From: Mobula birostris
Lineage: Eukaryota
Length of the DNA stretch: 64,000 nucleotides
Direction: 5' to 3'
NCBI RefSeq assembly: GCF_030028105.1
Contig: NC_092372.1
Coordinates: 158,168,058 to 158,232,057, forward strand
Made by a program: the position numbers and the translations under genes. This document shows, piece after piece, positions 62,554 through 64,000 of this stretch (position 1 is the first letter of the stretch; each line of letters begins with the position of its first letter). The notes under the pieces are model-generated. The model worked only from the letters and a program-made list of their open reading frames with translations, was not told where the DNA came from and made no database searches.

Positions 62554-63377
62554 CATAGAAACATAGAAAATAGGTGCAGGGGTAGGCCATTTGGCCCTTC
62601 GAGCCTGCACCGCCATTCAGTACGATCATGGCTGATCATCCAACTCAGAACCCTGTGCCCGCCTTCTCTCTATACCCCCTGATCCCTTTAGCCACAAGGG
62701 CCATATCTAACTCCCTCTTAAATATAGCCAATGAACTGGCCTCAACTGTTTCCTGTGGCAGAGAATTCCACAGATTCACCACCCTTTGAAGAAAATTTTC
62801 CTCATCTCGGTCCTAAAAGGCTTCCCCTTTATCCTCAAACTGTGACCCCTCGTTCTGGACTTCCCCAACATTGGGAACAATCTTCCTGCATCTAGCCTGT
62901 CCAATCCCTTTAGAATTTTATACATTTCAATAAGATCCCCCCTCAATCTTCTAAATTCCAGAGAGTGTAAGCCTAGTCGATCCAGTCTTTCATCATATGA
63001 AAGTCCTGCCATCCCAGGAATCAATCTGGTGAACCTTCTTTGTACTCCCTCTATGGCAAGAATGTCTTTCCTCAGATTAGGGGGACCAAAACTGCACGCA
63101 ATACTCCAGGTGTGGTCTCACCGAGGCTTTGTACAACTGCAGTAGTACCTCCCTGCTCCTGTACTCGAATCCTCTTGCTATGAATACCAGCATACCATTC
63201 GCCTTTTTCACCGCCTGCTGTACCTGCATGCCCACTTTCAATGACTGGTGTACAATGACACCCAGGTCTCGTTGCACCTCCCCTTTTCCTAATTGGCCAC
63301 CATTCAGATAATAATCTGTTTTCCTGTTCTTGCCACCAAAGTGGATAACCTTACATTTATCCACATTAAATTGCATG
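62554..63377 (-). mobile_element. Young CR1 3' fragment nested in the hAT transposase
   Basis: FNVDKCKVIHFG...RPHLEYCVQFWSP...TRGH; (CTATGTTT)n tail. Confidence 0.95.
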
Positions 63378-63842
63378 ATCCACATTAATCTGCAGGCTGT
63401 TTCCTTTGAGAGCCACGTGACTTCTGTGTGCAACAGCAAGTGTTCAAACTATTCGTCATTCTCAATACATACTTGTCAAAATAGTTGGGAATTGAGGACA
63501 TTGGACTTGATTTTATTTACCACTGTGATAACGGTATTTAATGATTAGTGCAGCTGATCACTTAGGTGTTTTTGTGACAAGATTTCTGTGAATTACACAA
63601 TGTATAGTGGTACATTGCAGCAAAATCAATCATGATCAAGGATTTTATTTGGGAACAATGCCAAATTTGTGGGCAGGGTCGGCTTTTAAAAATGGCAATA
63701 AAAATTGCAGAAACTCTACACTGAACTAACTTGCATTTTTATTCCTACTAGTTATCAAATTGTGCTGGTGAAACATTTTAGAACAGTTAGAAACTTAATA
63801 CAAATGTGTGATTCACCTTTTGATATGTTTTCTTTAACTTAG

Positions 63843-63918
63843 GTCAAATTACTGCAGGAAACTTCTACTGAAGAGCAATACGGGACCACAAGAGAATCCA
63901 ATATATATTCCATTGAAG
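63843..63918 (+). CDS. PKD1L1: PKD1L1 exon, loop after TM3 (VKLLQETSTEEQYGTTRESNIYSIE)
   Basis: tctttaacttag| ... AAG|GTAACA; 76 nt, phase 0-1, matching the phase of the previous exon. Confidence 0.8.
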
Positions 63919-64000
63919 GTAACAAGAAATTAGTATTATATTCGAGTGATCAACAAAGATATTAATTGCCCTAAGGCAAAAAGAGTGAGAAGTGTCCTAG

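Larger units (their letters stand above)
61402..63720 (-). mobile_element. hAT (Buster/Charlie-like) transposon remnant interrupted by a CR1 and a mini-PLE
   Basis: TIR CAGTGATTCCCAAACTTTT at 61402; LLHTEVTWLSK, DIAYLSEL..KFNEFNLQMQG, FPTSYLVEHGFSAV; the other TIR was not found. Confidence 0.85.
3287..63918 (+). other. PKD1L1: PKD1L1 gene, internal part (23 coding exons); the gene extends beyond both window edges
   Basis: The spliced exons give one open frame (3198 nt). It is collinear with my recollection of vertebrate PKD1L1 peptides: GKAQL, YYFxLPAGE, NLSTL, FKKNPY, FPVMLLVR, LLDAxYxRKP, LFERNSR, TEYLEDxH, LLSLLFRxSK. Domain order is REJ-GAIN/GPS-TM1-PLAT-TM2-TM3. Confidence 0.93.

Overview
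Vertebrate genomic DNA; the repeat content points to a cartilaginous fish, probably a ray (inferred, not proven). The whole window lies inside one + strand gene, PKD1L1 (polycystin-1-like 1). I rebuilt 23 internal coding exons (3287-63918; 3198 nt, 1066 codons) with consistent splice phases. They encode a Ser/Gly/Asn-rich linker, the end of the REJ region, the GAIN/GPS domain, TM1, the PLAT domain, TM2 and TM3. The start and stop codons lie outside the window. The introns are packed with decayed, often nested mobile elements: CR1 and Rex/Babar LINEs, Penelope-like elements (PLEs), Tc1, Tigger-like and hAT DNA transposons, SINEs and a solo LTR. Main points of interest: (1) an apparently intact autoproteolytic GPS motif (CSCNHM/TTF) split over two exons, which as I recall is degenerate in mammalian PKD1L1; (2) a hammerhead-ribozyme motif in a sense-oriented PLE; (3) fold-back mini-PLE insertions with long target-site duplications (TSDs); (4) a short telomeric-repeat insertion inside a CR1; (5) a GC-AG intron. 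I found no convincing evidence for an entirely new multi-gene system.
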